Assembly (NCBI GenBank): GCA_963705105.1
Contig: CAVPIW010000007.1
Location: forward strand, 292,715-356,714
DNA from: an uncultured Nitrospiraceae bacterium
Lineage (GTDB): Bacteria > Nitrospirota > Thermodesulfovibrionia > Thermodesulfovibrionales > Dissulfurispiraceae
DNA length: 64,000 bases
Reading direction: 5' to 3'
Positions 1-9,999 of the stretch are shown piece by piece (the stretch's first letter is position 1; each line of letters starts with the position of its first letter). The position numbers and the translations under genes are program-made. The notes below the pieces were generated by a model. It worked only from the letters and a program-made list of their open reading frames with translations. It was not told the origin of the DNA and made no database searches.

Positions 1-427
1 CCCCCGCGCTCGACCAGCGGTATTGATCCGCTTTTAAGACGATCCCGGCTTTCACCGGATTATTCTCCACATATCGCACAGCCGCATAGAGATGCCGTTC
101 ATCCAGAACGCACGAGTAAAACCGCCCCTGCCAGAGATGTCCCCTTTGATCTTGCTTCGTGTTGATGTGCTGCGAATATCTCATATGAAGTGTGTTGAAG
201 GTCTTTGCCAGGGCATCATCTTCATGAGGGACGGCAATGAAGTGCACATGATTGTTCATCAGGCAATAGGCCCAGATGCTCAGAGAATATTTCCGGCTGT
301 ATAGCGTCAGCCAATCCAGATACCGGAGGAAATCGTCATCACTGTCAAAGACCCTCTGGCGGTAGTTGCCCCGCTGCGTGATGTGGTGAGGATATCCGAC
401 TGCAACCGCTCTTGCTATTCTCGGCAT
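1..427 (-). CDS. RAYT / IS200-like Y1 HUH transposase (runs off the left edge of the window)
   Basis: Manual translation from ATG 427: MPRIARAVAVGYPHHITQRGNYRQRVF...AYCLMNNHVHF...GHLWQGRFYS...VRYVENNPVKAG...YRWSSA. Contains the HUH motif (NHVH) and the typical RAYT motifs. Not in the ORF track because there is no stop codon in the window. Confidence 0.9.
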   Translation of the reverse strand, partial: MPRIARAVAVGYPHHITQRGNYRQRVFDSDDDFLRYLDWLTLYSRKYSLSIWAYCLMNNHVHFIAVPHEDDALAKTFNTLHMRYSQHINTKQDQRGHLWQGRFYSCVLDERHLYAAVRYVENNPVKAGIVLKADQYRWSSAG

Positions 428-655
428 GGTTCAATGCTATGGCACCACACCCCGTTATGTCAATAAATGGGCGCTGTCCCTCTTTATTCCCCGATACCGG
501 AGGAAATCGTCATCACTGTCAAAGACCCTCTGGCGGTAGTTGCCCCGCTGCGTGATGTGGTGAGGATATCCGACTGCAACCGCTCTTGCTATTCTCGGCA
601 TAGTTCAATGCTATGGCACCACACCCCGTTATGTCAATAAATGGGCGCTGTCCCT
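319..655 (+). repeat. Direct duplication of about 163 bp (319-481 and 493-655) covering the RAYT 5' end and upstream region
   Basis: Near-identical copies from gataccggagg to aataaatgggcgctgtccct, separated by 11 bp. Confidence 0.95.
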
Positions 656-717
656 AATTATGCGCAGTCCCAAGCCAAGCTAGAAATAAGTGATGCGAAG
701 AATTGCAGCCAGTCCAT
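656..717 (-). pseudogene. Truncated 5' end of a cassette gene (MDWLQFFASLISSLAW...)
   Basis: Starts just after the attC core GTTAGGG, with a GGGGA RBS-like sequence; cut off after about 16 codons at gcgcagtccc, a near copy of the RAYT end motif gcgctgtccc. Confidence 0.55.
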
Positions 718-737
718 AGTATCCCCGTGTCTTTGGC

Positions 738-824
738 CCCTAACGCAGAGTTGTGCCGCGCCGCCACCGCAACAACAGGAAACGGCGCGCCGTCCCCGGC
801 GTCGGCACGAACGACGTGTTATGC
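738..824 (-). other. attC integron recombination site
   Basis: Minus strand GCATAAC...GTTAGGG with an internal imperfect palindrome, directly after the stop of 828-1397; the inverse core matches the cassette start GTTATGC at 1394-1400. Confidence 0.85.
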
Positions 825-827
825 CGC

Positions 828-1397
828 TTATTGACTTGGTTTACAGCGAGCATGCAGCGCCCTTAAGAATTTTCTTGCGCCTACCAAACAGTTCGCCACA
901 AACTCTCGGTCAAGTTCATACCGCCCAAGAACGTTTTCTTTGCGCGGATCTTTGTATCCTTTTCGGTGTTTGAAAGCATTAATGGTTTTGCGGAGTTCCT
1001 CTACTTCCTTGCTACCGGGAAGCTCATCAAGCTTGATACTGTAGTGACTCTCTATCAGTCTGTGTAAGTCGTCTCGCTTTAAATCCCAAACCAACCGCAG
1101 TTTGTTCTTCTTCAATGGCTCCTTCGAGAAGGGCACCACTCCCAGACTGGATAGCTCCCACTCCACGAGGCTGTTTATTTCGTTTAAGGCGGCTCGCATT
1201 GCGAGACTTTCACTAGTTCGCGGACTGAAGAACGCATTGGCTTCTTCGTCTGGGTCTTTAAACCCTCCCGTTTGGGCACGCGAGATCAGGTCTCCATACT
1301 CGCTGTCTACTGAACGGTACACCCGTTCGAGGAAGGACTTCATCTCGTTTAATTCGATATCAATTGAAATCAGCGATCCCATTTCATGCTGAGGCAT
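828..1397 (-). CDS. Hypothetical gene-cassette protein
   Basis: 189-aa ORF, AT-richer than core genes, bounded by GTTATGC and an attC. Confidence 0.75.
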   Translation of the reverse strand: MPQHEMGSLISIDIELNEMKSFLERVYRSVDSEYGDLISRAQTGGFKDPDEEANAFFSPRTSESLAMRAALNEINSLVEWELSSLGVVPFSKEPLKKNKLRLVWDLKRDDLHRLIESHYSIKLDELPGSKEVEELRKTINAFKHRKGYKDPRKENVLGRYELDREFVANCLVGARKFLRALHARCKPSQ

Positions 1398-1441
1398 AAC
1401 AATGAGTTAAGCGGGTTCCCCGCTTGAACGATTGGTTGGGA
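1394..1441 (-). other. Very short attC-like site (48 bp)
   Basis: TCCCAAC-CAATCGTTCAAGCGG-GGAAC-CCGCTTAACTCATT-GTTATGC; L boxes resemble the classic GTTCAAGC/GCTTAACTC. Confidence 0.7.
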
Positions 1442-1495
1442 GTCACTCTGTCCGAATGTCAAGGGCTACCCCCTGTATTTTTCTCCTGCGGAGGA

Positions 1496-1747
1496 TCAGC
1501 GGCAAAAAGATGTTATTTGAAGTGCAGCCTCTATCGTGTCCGGCCCAAGGTCTTGACCCTCCGGCCAGCCGATACCGTTAAAGAACAGACCCACTTGCCT
1601 GAAGTATGTCTCGTCTTCAAGTCGCTTGAAAAAATCACCTCTGATATAGGGAGTTACATCAAAGACACCGCAGACCCCGTCTGAAAAAACAATCTCGACT
1701 TTTTTCCCTTCAATGGGTTTTACGCTTGTCACTTTCTTCATCATCAC
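1496..1747 (-). CDS. DUF2442 family protein (putative toxin-antitoxin partner)
   Basis: V..V.P...I.FSDG...FD...IGWPEGQDLGPDT pattern; downstream of a DUF4160-like gene. Confidence 0.8.
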   Translation of the reverse strand: MMMKKVTSVKPIEGKKVEIVFSDGVCGVFDVTPYIRGDFFKRLEDETYFRQVGLFFNGIGWPEGQDLGPDTIEAALQITSFCR

Positions 1748-1753
1748 TCCAAA

Positions 1754-2023
1754 TCACTCTAATGGTTTTATGGGCATAGGATTTTGCCCGCTCACCGCAA
1801 GGCGCCAATCTGTCATAAGGTCCTCCCGATGAATCTCAATCCACGCCTGAACCAGCCTCTGTTTGTTCTTGGGTATGCTTCCTTCGAGAACCTCACCATC
1901 TGCGATTGAAAAAACGGCGTCATCTTCTCCATAAGATGCGTGGAAATGCGGCAACTTGTGCTTCTTGTTGTCGTAAAAATACATATAAATGATTATTCCG
2001 AAGAACATTGAGATTGTCGGCAT
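1754..2023 (-). CDS. DUF4160 family protein (putative toxin-antitoxin partner)
   Basis: MPTISMFFGIIIYMY...HKLPHFHASY...WIEIHREDL..W; RBS AGGAGA upstream of the ATG at 2023/2026. Confidence 0.85.
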   Translation of the reverse strand: MPTISMFFGIIIYMYFYDNKKHKLPHFHASYGEDDAVFSIADGEVLEGSIPKNKQRLVQAWIEIHREDLMTDWRLAVSGQNPMPIKPLE

Positions 2024-2168
2024 CATTCTCCTTTTATCAATATTATACATGAGACCGTCGCTCTTCATATCACGCTGAAAGGTCATGCTGTCCATCCATC
2101 GACGTCCGGACAAGTTGGTTTTATTGGCAACGTGGAAATCGAGCAGGGTTGCGACGACAGCGTGTCTG

Positions 2169-3475
2169 CTACGTGCTGTTTCTCGTCAGGTGCACGACCG
2201 ATTCGACATGGTAGGTCTGGGGAAAGAAGTCGACCATTCTCGCCGATTGGACGGTGTAACGCACTGAGAGTTTCTTCAGGTCTCTTGCGAGTGTCGGGGG
2301 ATTGCACGAGACATAGACGATCCTTTCCGGTTCCATGGCGAGGACTGTCTGTATGACACGCTTTGTGAGACCCGTCCTCGGCGGATCGAGGATGAGCACA
2401 TCAATCCCTTCGGGGACCTGAAGACTCTCTGCCGCAGTCCTGACAAATCTGCAGTTCCCGATTCTGTTTCGCCTGCAGTTTCTGCGGCCGTCCCCGACGG
2501 CTTGGCTGTTTTCTTCGACGGCGATGACACGCAGGGCCTCGCGGGAGAGGGGAAGGGAAAAATTCCCCGCGCCGGCGTAGAGATCGAGGACCGACTTGCC
2601 CGTGAGGGGAGACAATTCCTGCAGGAGCGTCCTGATGAGGTCCCCGTTGAGGTCCCAGTTGCTCTGAAAGAAGGCGGCGCCGGAAAATGCGAAGACCAGC
2701 CCGTCCAGCCGGAGCTGCGATCGTTCCGCCCCGAGGGTCAGCCGATTACCGGCGGCGGTCGCGATCGTAACTCCCGCCAGGCCTGCGTCTATCAGACGGC
2801 GGGCCAGGTCCCTGAACATCGCCGGGATTGCACTGCTTTATCCGGCACTTTCAGGAAGCAGATGACTCCTTCACCCGCAGACAGGTGGAGTTCGAAGGGC
2901 GGGACGTCCCCTGTGCTCATCTCTTTGAGAACCGGTCCGACCACTGACAGAGAATCATTGATTTCGCGGCTCATGAGGAGACAGTGACTGACCGGGACGA
3001 GTTCCCGTGTATTTTCTCGGAAAAAACCGATCTCGGCAGCGGCGGTCTTGAATTGACCACGGTACCGGTGATGCCACGGGGGACCCGTGAGGGAGGGTAA
3101 AAGCTCCGTATGGATGCCCGCGATCCGGGCGAGGCAGTCGCGCAGCACCTGCTCTTTCATCGCGACCTGCTCGCGATATTCGATATACTGAAACTGACAA
3201 CCGCCGCAGATCCCGAAATAAGGGCAGGGAGGTGTGACCCTGAAGGGAGAGGCTTCGATGACCCTTGTCACCGTCGCCCGCGAAAAGTCCCTCCGCTCTT
3301 CATCGATCTCAGCTTCGACCGTTTCGCCGGGGATGGCCCCCCTTACAAGGATGACCTTGCCCCCCTTACGAAGCTGCGCCTGACCCCCACTGCCGTCAGG
3401 CGACCTTGCGAGGCAGTAGCCGCCGTAGACGGGGATTTCGGTCCTGACAGTCAGGAAGGGGTCATTTCCGCTCAA
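2169..3475 (-). pseudogene. rlmD: 23S rRNA (uracil-5)-methyltransferase RlmD/TrmA family, frameshifted near 2820-2830
   Basis: TRAM domain and CPYFGICGGCQ in 2792-3475; FFQSN, DLYAGAG, LDPPR, YVSCNP, DFFPQTYHVE in 2169-2819. The frameshift may be a sequencing error. Confidence 0.85.
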
Positions 3476-3812
3476 GAATCTGCTTGATCGTCGCCTTGAG
3501 CTGCGTGAGGTCCGATGACTTCACGACGTAGGCATCGGATACCCAGACGGAGAAGTCGTCCCGGTAATCGTACGCGGTGAGCATGATGATCGGCGTGGCG
3601 GCACGCTTTTCCTTCATCGCCCGGAGCACCTGGATCCCGTCCATTTCGGGCATCAGGATGTCGAGAGTCACGATGTCGGGATTTTCCCTGTCGAAGAGGT
3701 CAAGCGCCTCCAGCCCCGAATTGGCGGTGACGACCGTGTAGCCCTCATCCTCCAGCTCTGCCTTGTAAAGTTTCAGAATGTTCTTCTCATCATCGACAAC
3801 AAGTACCTTCAT
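3462..3812 (-). CDS. Single-domain response regulator receiver
   Basis: MKVLVVDDE...LDILMPEMDG...IIMLTA; start overlaps the kinase stop codon. Confidence 0.9.
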   Translation of the reverse strand: MKVLVVDDEKNILKLYKAELEDEGYTVVTANSGLEALDLFDRENPDIVTLDILMPEMDGIQVLRAMKEKRAATPIIMLTAYDYRDDFSVWVSDAYVVKSSDLTQLKATIKQILERK

Positions 3813-6370
3813 GCAGCAACCTCCTGTATCGGTAGATAGATCCTGAAAGTCGTCCCCTTGCCCCAGGTACTGGTCACGTCCATCCTCGCCCCGTGTTCCT
3901 CGACGATCCTCTTGGTGATGGAGAGACCAAGCCCCGTTCCCGTCGGCCTGGTCGTGAAAAAGGGATCGAAGATGCGGCACAGGTCGTCGGCCCTGATGCC
4001 GCACCCGGTGTCGGAGATTTCGATGACCGCCTCGGTCCGCGTAAAGTTGCCCGATCCGTTGCCGGCGACCCTGTCGGTGCGGTATGCGCTGATCGCGATG
4101 CGTCCGTTGTCCGTGGCCTGATTGGCGTTTGTCACGATGTTGATGATCACCTCCCTGAATCTGTCCGGATCGACGGACACGGTGAATGTCCGGGGCACTT
4201 CCCCGACGAGGACGTTTCCCTTCTCATGCACTGCAGGTTCGAGAAGGTTGACGACATCATTGATGAAGCCTGCGACGTCCACGTCACGGACCTGCATGCG
4301 CCCGCTCCTGACGAAACTGAGGGTATCATTCAGGATCCCCTCGAGGCGGGTGACCTCATCGACGACTATTTTCGCATACTCCCTGAGCTCCCTGTTGAGA
4401 CTCCGTTCGAGTCTCCGGGCAAACCCCCCGATGGACAGGAGCGGGTTTCTGATTTCATGGGCCACCCGTGCCGCCATTTCGCCGAGGGCGGCCATCCTTT
4501 CGGCAGCGGCCACCTGTTCCCGCAGTTTCCTTATCTCCGTGACGTCGCGTACGATGTGGACGGTGCCTGTCAACTCGCCCGCCTTGCTGATGATCGGCGA
4601 GCTCGACACGAGATGCGTCTCGCCCGGGCGGATGAAGTCATCGACCTCCTCAATGAAGGGCTCCCTCATGGATATGGTCCTGAGGTGCGGGCAACGCTCC
4701 CAGGGTTCATGCAACCCGTGGAACACCTCGTAACATTTCCTGCCGATAATGTCTGATTCCTCCTTGCCGAGCCCCTCCAGCACGGCCCGGTTCACCTTCC
4801 TGATCGTGAAATCGGATCCGATGATGTAGACGAAATCCGAGATCGACTCGAAGATGTTTTCCAGCTCCTGCTCAGCCTGGGCAACCTGCTCGAAAAGGCG
4901 CGCGTTCTCGACGGCCGACGCGATCTGGTCGGTGAATCCCTTCAGGAACTCCATATCGTTGGCAGTGATCTGCCTCTTCGAGTAGAGATTGTCGACCCAG
5001 AGGATGCCGATCACCTTGTCCCGGGAGATAAGGGGAACGACTGCATAGGCTGTCGTCCCCAGATACTGGATCAGAATCCCGTCGGAGAAAGGCTCCGCAT
5101 TGACGTCCGTCACATTGAAAGCCCTCTTCTCCCTTGCCGCCTTCGTGAGAATGGTATTTGTGTCGAGACCGATCTCCAGGGTACTGCACAGCCTTTCCAT
5201 GAAGGAGTCCTTCCGGAGGGGGCTTCTTTCGATCTCCCTCATCAGGGAATGGAGGTCCTTCCTCTCCATGGACAAGCGCGACCAGATCTCCCAGGCCTCT
5301 TCGTGACTCGACGGTCCGACCCCCATCGCCCCCCTGAGGATGCCCCTGCCCTCGTCGACGAGGAAAAGAATGGCCCTGTTGAACCCGAGACCGTCTCCCA
5401 TGGTGACGGCCGTCAGCACCATTCTCAGGAGCTTGTCCAGTTCCAGCGTTCCCCTCATTGCCGATGCGATAAAGAAGAGCCTCGAGAGTTCGTCGCTCTT
5501 TCTCATCAACTCCTTTTCGATCCTCTTGCGCTCCGTGACGTCCCGGGAGATGCCGCTGATGCCGATAATCGCCCCCTGGGTGTTCCTGACCGGCGAGAGG
5601 GTCACGGTGACGTCGATAATCCTTCCATCGGCCGCTTTTCTGATCGTCTCGATATCCTTGATGACCTCTCCCCTGCTCACGCTCTCCATATATTCCCTTT
5701 CGACATCCATGATGAAATCGGGCACGAAGGGGAGAAATGTCCCGATGACCTCATCGGCCGCGAAGCCGTAGATCTTCTCGGCGCCCTTGTTCCAGGACGT
5801 GATGATTCCCGACAGGTCGCTCACGACGATGGCGTCGGCGGAGTTTTCGATGAGCCCTTCCAGGTATTTCTTCAGCTCCTCAACCTCTCTCCTTGCCTCG
5901 CCCGCTTCCTCCTCCCGCTTCTGAGACTCGGACCGTCGCACGCATCTGTCAGCGGCGAGGGCCGCGATCGAGGTCACGTCGCTGAGGACATCCATATCAT
6001 CATCGGTGAAATCGAGGGGTGCGCCGTCAGGTCCCTTCCTGCCGGAGAGCTCAAGGGTGCCGGCGGTCCGATCACCGGCCTTCAGAGGCGCGCATACGCT
6101 GCCGCCGGATTTCACAACCGGTCCTTCGGTGCAAGCCGGGCCCTTTTCCTCCATATCTCCGGTGACGCCGAAGGACGCCCTGACTCTGAAGACATCTCCC
6201 TCGGCGACGCGGATTATGCATCCTGATGCGCCGAACAACGCCGCTGCTTCCATTGCCATTTTTCGGAGGGCTTCATCGGGGTCCGCCGCCTCGACGGCCA
6301 GGCGCACGAGACTGAGAAGCGCCGCAGTGCGGTTTTCGAGAGGCCCGCGCGATCCCCGGGAAGACTTCAT
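3809..6370 (-). CDS. GAF/PAS sensor histidine kinase
   Basis: PAS (WNKGAEKIYG), GAF, H-box AHEIRNPL, N-box NANQA, G boxes DTGCG and GTGLGL; start placed at ATG 6370 overlapping the glgA stop. Confidence 0.9.
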   Translation of the reverse strand: MKSSRGSRGPLENRTAALLSLVRLAVEAADPDEALRKMAMEAAALFGASGCIIRVAEGDVFRVRASFGVTGDMEEKGPACTEGPVVKSGGSVCAPLKAGDRTAGTLELSGRKGPDGAPLDFTDDDMDVLSDVTSIAALAADRCVRRSESQKREEEAGEARREVEELKKYLEGLIENSADAIVVSDLSGIITSWNKGAEKIYGFAADEVIGTFLPFVPDFIMDVEREYMESVSRGEVIKDIETIRKAADGRIIDVTVTLSPVRNTQGAIIGISGISRDVTERKRIEKELMRKSDELSRLFFIASAMRGTLELDKLLRMVLTAVTMGDGLGFNRAILFLVDEGRGILRGAMGVGPSSHEEAWEIWSRLSMERKDLHSLMREIERSPLRKDSFMERLCSTLEIGLDTNTILTKAAREKRAFNVTDVNAEPFSDGILIQYLGTTAYAVVPLISRDKVIGILWVDNLYSKRQITANDMEFLKGFTDQIASAVENARLFEQVAQAEQELENIFESISDFVYIIGSDFTIRKVNRAVLEGLGKEESDIIGRKCYEVFHGLHEPWERCPHLRTISMREPFIEEVDDFIRPGETHLVSSSPIISKAGELTGTVHIVRDVTEIRKLREQVAAAERMAALGEMAARVAHEIRNPLLSIGGFARRLERSLNRELREYAKIVVDEVTRLEGILNDTLSFVRSGRMQVRDVDVAGFINDVVNLLEPAVHEKGNVLVGEVPRTFTVSVDPDRFREVIINIVTNANQATDNGRIAISAYRTDRVAGNGSGNFTRTEAVIEISDTGCGIRADDLCRIFDPFFTTRPTGTGLGLSITKRIVEEHGARMDVTSTWGKGTTFRIYLPIQEVAA

Positions 6371-7887
6371 GCTCCGGCAAGCCTCTGATAGAGATCTCCG
6401 TAGAGACGTGCCGAACGGGACCAGGAAAAGTCCTGATCCATGGCGTTCAGGACGATCTTCCGCCACGCAGGCCTCGCTTTTCTGAAGACACAGATCGCCT
6501 TTTTGACTGTCCCCAGCAGGGCCTCCGGGGCGTATTCCCTGACGAGGAACCCTGTCCCTTTCACGTCTTCGAACAGCTCATCACAGAAGAGAATTTCGGC
6601 CTGGCCCGACACATCGCTGATAGTGTCCGAGAGGCCGCCCGTCATCGTCGCCACCGGTATGGACCCGTACCTCATGGCGATGAGCTGACCCAGGCCGCAA
6701 GGCTCATAACGGGAGGGCATAAGAAAGATATCCGAGCCGGCGTAACAGAGATGGGCCAGCGGTTCATTGAATCCGAGAGACATGTGCATGGCGCCGGGGA
6801 ATTTTTCGCTCAGATCTGCGAGCCGCCTCTGGTAGATGTCTTCTCCCTTGCCGAGCACGACGAACTGCGCTCCGGCCCGCATCAATGCGGGCATGACATC
6901 GATCAGCAGCTCGATGCCCTTCTGACTCGAAAGTCTCCCGATGAAGCAGAGCAGGGGCCCCTCCGAATCCCTGAGACCGGTGCTCGCCCGGAGCTCCTGC
7001 CGGCAGGCTTCCCTGCCCGACAGGTCACCGGATGAAAAAGACGCCGGCAGGTGCGCATCCGTCAGCGGGTTCCATTCGCTGTCGTCGATGCCGTTCAGAA
7101 TGCCCGTGAGCTCGCGGGACCTTTTTCTGAGCACCCCGTCGAGACCGAAGCCGAACTCGGGCGTCAGGATCTCCCGCGCATAGGTCGGGCTGACCGTCGT
7201 CACAGAGTCTGCCGCGACGATGCCCGCCTTCAGGAAATTGACGTTCCCGTAAAATTCGACCGCACCGGGGTGAAAGTGGTCCCAGCCGAGACCGGCGATA
7301 TCCATGACCGACGGCGGGAACAGGCCCTGATACCCGAGGTTGTGGATGGTCATGACGGTCTTCGCCTTCCTGAAGGCGCCGTCACCGCGGTACGCCGTCT
7401 TCAGATAATAGGGGATGAGACCCGTCTGCCAGTCGTTGCAGTGGATGATGTGGGGGGAAAGGCGCAGTATCCTGCAGATCTCGAGGACGCCCCGTGAAAA
7501 GACGATGAATCGTTCGGCATTGTCGGGGTAATCGCCGAGGGCCGTTCCGTAGAGCTCTTCCCTTCCGAAGAGATCGTCGTTTTCGACAAAAAAGACGCGC
7601 CCGCCGACGATGGTCCCTTCGTCTGACGGGCCGGACCCGTACTTTTCGGTCCGCAGCGTGTAGACTCCGCACCGCCTCGTCACAGGACCGGCAGGGATGT
7701 CAAGGGTGACACCCGTATCCCTGAGCCGGTCTCCGACGGCTTCCCTTGTCGATTTATAGAGGGGGACCATGAGGAACGCATCGAGGCCGGCTTTCCTGTA
7801 TTCCCTGAAGAGAGTGCCCGCGACGTCTGCAAGGCCGCCCGTCTTCGAAAAGGGGACCGCCTCCGGGGAGGCGATGACGATTCTCAT
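6367..7887 (-). CDS. glgA: Glycogen synthase
   Basis: KTGGLADV, HCNDWQTG, TIHNLGYQG, PSRYEPCGLGQ. Confidence 0.95.
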   Translation of the reverse strand: MRIVIASPEAVPFSKTGGLADVAGTLFREYRKAGLDAFLMVPLYKSTREAVGDRLRDTGVTLDIPAGPVTRRCGVYTLRTEKYGSGPSDEGTIVGGRVFFVENDDLFGREELYGTALGDYPDNAERFIVFSRGVLEICRILRLSPHIIHCNDWQTGLIPYYLKTAYRGDGAFRKAKTVMTIHNLGYQGLFPPSVMDIAGLGWDHFHPGAVEFYGNVNFLKAGIVAADSVTTVSPTYAREILTPEFGFGLDGVLRKRSRELTGILNGIDDSEWNPLTDAHLPASFSSGDLSGREACRQELRASTGLRDSEGPLLCFIGRLSSQKGIELLIDVMPALMRAGAQFVVLGKGEDIYQRRLADLSEKFPGAMHMSLGFNEPLAHLCYAGSDIFLMPSRYEPCGLGQLIAMRYGSIPVATMTGGLSDTISDVSGQAEILFCDELFEDVKGTGFLVREYAPEALLGTVKKAICVFRKARPAWRKIVLNAMDQDFSWSRSARLYGDLYQRLAGA

Positions 7888-8882
7888 ATCTTCGCTTCTC
7901 TCATGAATTTCGTCGCCTCTTCCGGCGTGGTCGGGTTGATGTAGAAACCCGATCCCCACTCGAACCCGGCCATTCTCGTCAGCTTCGGCATGATCTCGAT
8001 GTGCCAGTGGTAGTAGTCATTGATTTCGTCCTTGAACGGCGACGTATGGATGATGAAGTTATAGGGGGGAGCATCGAGCACCTTGTCGATCTGCCTGAGG
8101 ACCCTCTGGAGAATCTCGGCAAGGCTGGTGAAACTCTTGTCCGGCGGCGAGAAGGAGGATTCGTGACTCTTCGGGAGAATCCACGTTTCGAAGGGTTCCC
8201 GGGGAGCGAAGGGCGATATGGCCACGTAGCGGTCGTTCTCGTAGATGACCCGTTTGTCCGCGCCCAGCTCCTGGCTGATGATGTCGCAGAAAATGCAGCG
8301 GTCCTTGCTCTCGAAATATTTCTTCGATGTCTCCATCTCGACCTGCACGATCCTCGGAACGATCGGCAGGGCGATCAGCTGGCTGTGCGTATGTTCAAGG
8401 GAGGAGCCCGCCACCTCGCCCTCATTCTTGAAGATGAGGACGTACTTCAGCCTGTTGTCCTTCTTGAGGTCCGTCAGTCTCTGATGATAGGCCCAGAGCA
8501 CGTCCTCGACGGCCCGCTGCGGCACCGTCGCAAGGGAGAGCTGATGATCGGGAGTTTCGATGATGACCTCATGGGCGCCGACGCCGTTCATCATGTCGAA
8601 GACGCCCTCGCCGCGCTTGCTCAGCTCCCCGTGTATCTGCAGGGCCGGGAATTTGTTGGGCACCACCCTGAGGGTCCAGCCCGGGGAATTGGGCGGTGTG
8701 CTCGCCGGCCTGAAGGCGACGATTTCGGGAGTCGTCGTATGTTCATTGCCCGGGCAGAAGGGACAGAAACCGCCGGCCCTCCTTTTCTGCGAGGGGGAGA
8801 TGAAATCGGTCGGCCGCTTCCCGCGCTCGATAGAGATGATCACCCACCTTCCTGAAATCGGGTCTTTTCTCAGCTCAGGCAT
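7884..8882 (-). CDS. galT: Galactose-1-phosphate uridylyltransferase (GalT-like)
   Basis: MPELRKDP, CPFCPGNE, VVPNKFP, GSSLEHTHSQ. Confidence 0.9.
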   Translation of the reverse strand: MPELRKDPISGRWVIISIERGKRPTDFISPSQKRRAGGFCPFCPGNEHTTTPEIVAFRPASTPPNSPGWTLRVVPNKFPALQIHGELSKRGEGVFDMMNGVGAHEVIIETPDHQLSLATVPQRAVEDVLWAYHQRLTDLKKDNRLKYVLIFKNEGEVAGSSLEHTHSQLIALPIVPRIVQVEMETSKKYFESKDRCIFCDIISQELGADKRVIYENDRYVAISPFAPREPFETWILPKSHESSFSPPDKSFTSLAEILQRVLRQIDKVLDAPPYNFIIHTSPFKDEINDYYHWHIEIMPKLTRMAGFEWGSGFYINPTTPEEATKFMREAKI

Positions 8883-9012
8883 GTTTCCTCCTTGTATGAA
8901 GCCGCAGATCCATGTCGGTATTCATGACGTCCGGGATTGGGACGGCTTACAAAACCCGCCCGTTTTGGGTATTATTATAAGTCGGCTCTGAAATTCTAAT
9001 AATTATACCACT

Positions 9013-9999
9013 ATGAAGCCAACTTTTCATGCGAACCCTGTGAACGATCCCTACGACGATCCGGCCGTTTTTGTCCGTATTTTGAGGGAGAAAAGGGCAC
9101 TTCTCTTCGATCTCGGCGACATCGGGAGTCTCGGGCTCGGCCATATCCAGAAGATCACCGACATCTTCGTCACCCACATGCACATCGACCATTTCATCGG
9201 CTTCGACACCGTCCTGAGGGCGAACCTGAGAAGGACCGTCCCCCTCCGTGTCTACGGCCCTGACCCGATCATCGGCTGCGTCGCGGGGAAGCTGAAGGGC
9301 TACACCTGGAACCTGATCCGGGACTATCCCCTGAGGATCGAGGTCTTCGGGATCAGTCCCGGCATGCTGCATCACGCCGGCTTCCATGCAGAGAATGCCT
9401 TCGAACAGGTCGACCATCCCCCGGTTCCTTTCGATGGGACCCTTCTGCAGGAGGTGATGTTCACCGTGAGAGGTCTCGTCCTGTCCCACCAGATCCCCGT
9501 TGTTGCCTATGCGATGGAGGAGGGATGCCACATCAACATCCACAAGGCGGCCCTCGACGAGATGGGCCTTCCCGTCGGTCCCTGGCTCTCCGATCTGAAA
9601 CGGGCTGTCCGTGAGGGAGCGCCGGGAGACAGTACGTTCTTTGTGGACGGCAGGAGTCTCGCTCTCGATGCGCTGAGGCGCGTCGTCAGCATATCGAAGG
9701 GACAGAAGATCTCCTACGTCATGGATGTGTCGCCGACGGAAGAGAATATCGGCAGGATCATATCCTTTGTGCAAGGATCGGACATACTCTTCTGCGAGGC
9801 CTATTTCCTTGGCAGGGACAGCGACAGGGCGATGGCGCGCCATCACCTGACAGCGGAGACAGCCGGGTGGATCGCCCGGAAAGCCGCCGTCGGATCGCTC
9901 GAAATCATGCATTTTTCTCCAAAGTACCGCGACTGCCCCGATGACATTTATGCCGAGGCGGAGAGGGCGTTCACCGGCAGCGCGGCGGAGGTCCGATGA
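9013..9999 (+). CDS. Ribonuclease Z-like metallo-beta-lactamase fold protein
   Basis: THMHIDHFIG motif, HHLTA, HFSPKY. Confidence 0.8.
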   Translation: MKPTFHANPVNDPYDDPAVFVRILREKRALLFDLGDIGSLGLGHIQKITDIFVTHMHIDHFIGFDTVLRANLRRTVPLRVYGPDPIIGCVAGKLKGYTWNLIRDYPLRIEVFGISPGMLHHAGFHAENAFEQVDHPPVPFDGTLLQEVMFTVRGLVLSHQIPVVAYAMEEGCHINIHKAALDEMGLPVGPWLSDLKRAVREGAPGDSTFFVDGRSLALDALRRVVSISKGQKISYVMDVSPTEENIGRIISFVQGSDILFCEAYFLGRDSDRAMARHHLTAETAGWIARKAAVGSLEIMHFSPKYRDCPDDIYAEAERAFTGSAAEVR

